A stretch of 64,000 nt of DNA, taken from contig NC_043001.1 of the NCBI RefSeq assembly GCF_006345805.1, positions 67,270,001 to 67,334,000 on the forward strand, written 5' to 3'. The notes beneath the pieces are model-generated. The model saw only the letters and a program-made list of their open reading frames with translations. It ran no database searches and had not been told where the DNA came from. The DNA is from Octopus sinensis. Taxonomy: Eukaryota. Numbering within the stretch: the stretch's first letter is position 1; every line of letters begins with the position of its first letter. Positions 63,371-64,000 of the stretch are shown here, piece after piece. A program made the translations under genes and the position numbers.

Positions 63371-64000
63371 GGCTTCATATGAAATATTATTCACCAATCA
63401 ACCATTGAGTAGCCATAAAATATATTCTTCCAGCTCAGTTGGTGAACATTTTAGCATTGCTTCAGTCAATTCCAGAAACCAAATGGTAAAAATTCTCAAA
63501 CATTTTTTCATATTTTAAATTATTTCAATTTCAAAATAAAATCTCTTATTTATAAAATAAACCATCAAGTATTATGGTCTTGTGAAAAACCTTGGTTTTG
63601 TATGCGGTTATTGAACCTGTTAGAAACTTCAGCCAAATTTCTTTTAAATCACTTTCTACTATCTTTCTTTAAAAGAAAGATAGATGCATTTGATAAATGT
63701 AATTCAAGATACATTATACCAAAAGAAAATGATGAACTGTCCTGTTTTGAACAACTCTAATGAGAAATTTGCTCATTCAAGGCTGACCTGGAGCTAAACA
63801 ACATCATCTAGTGACTATCTTACCTACAAACTTTATTACTATTATTGATTAGCTCCATGTGAAGTGACAAACAAACATATGATCAAAGATTTTCCAGTCT
63901 TGACCATCCTGTCTTTTTTGTCAATGACAGTGTATCTAAGACTACATTATCCAAAGTGTCCTTCCATTTATAAGAGTGCATCAATTAGTGATGTACAGTG

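Overview
Very AT-rich animal DNA that is dense in microsatellites and appears intronic or intergenic. The repeat families resemble those I know from octopus genomes; this is inference, not shown by the sequence. I cannot support any host protein-coding gene, and almost all ORFs in the track are translated microsatellites or antisense frames. The recognisable content is mobile DNA: several Penelope-like element (PLE) pieces with GIY-YIG endonuclease remnants; a 3.3 kb decayed CR1-type LINE (CCCH finger, APE endonuclease, RT); an R4/Dong-type endonuclease remnant; several SINE-like families; Helitron ends; and Chapaev-, pogo/Tigger-, hAT- and piggyBac-type DNA transposon derivatives plus foldback MITEs. 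There is one 100-N gap. The strongest signal is a set of hammerhead ribozyme motifs read directly from the sequence. One at 1033-1123 has a fully intact catalytic core and a poly(A) signal inside helix II. Four damaged relatives lie at other (TA)n-anchored PLE-like ends, two of them in the arms of a 3.4 kb near-perfect inverted repeat.
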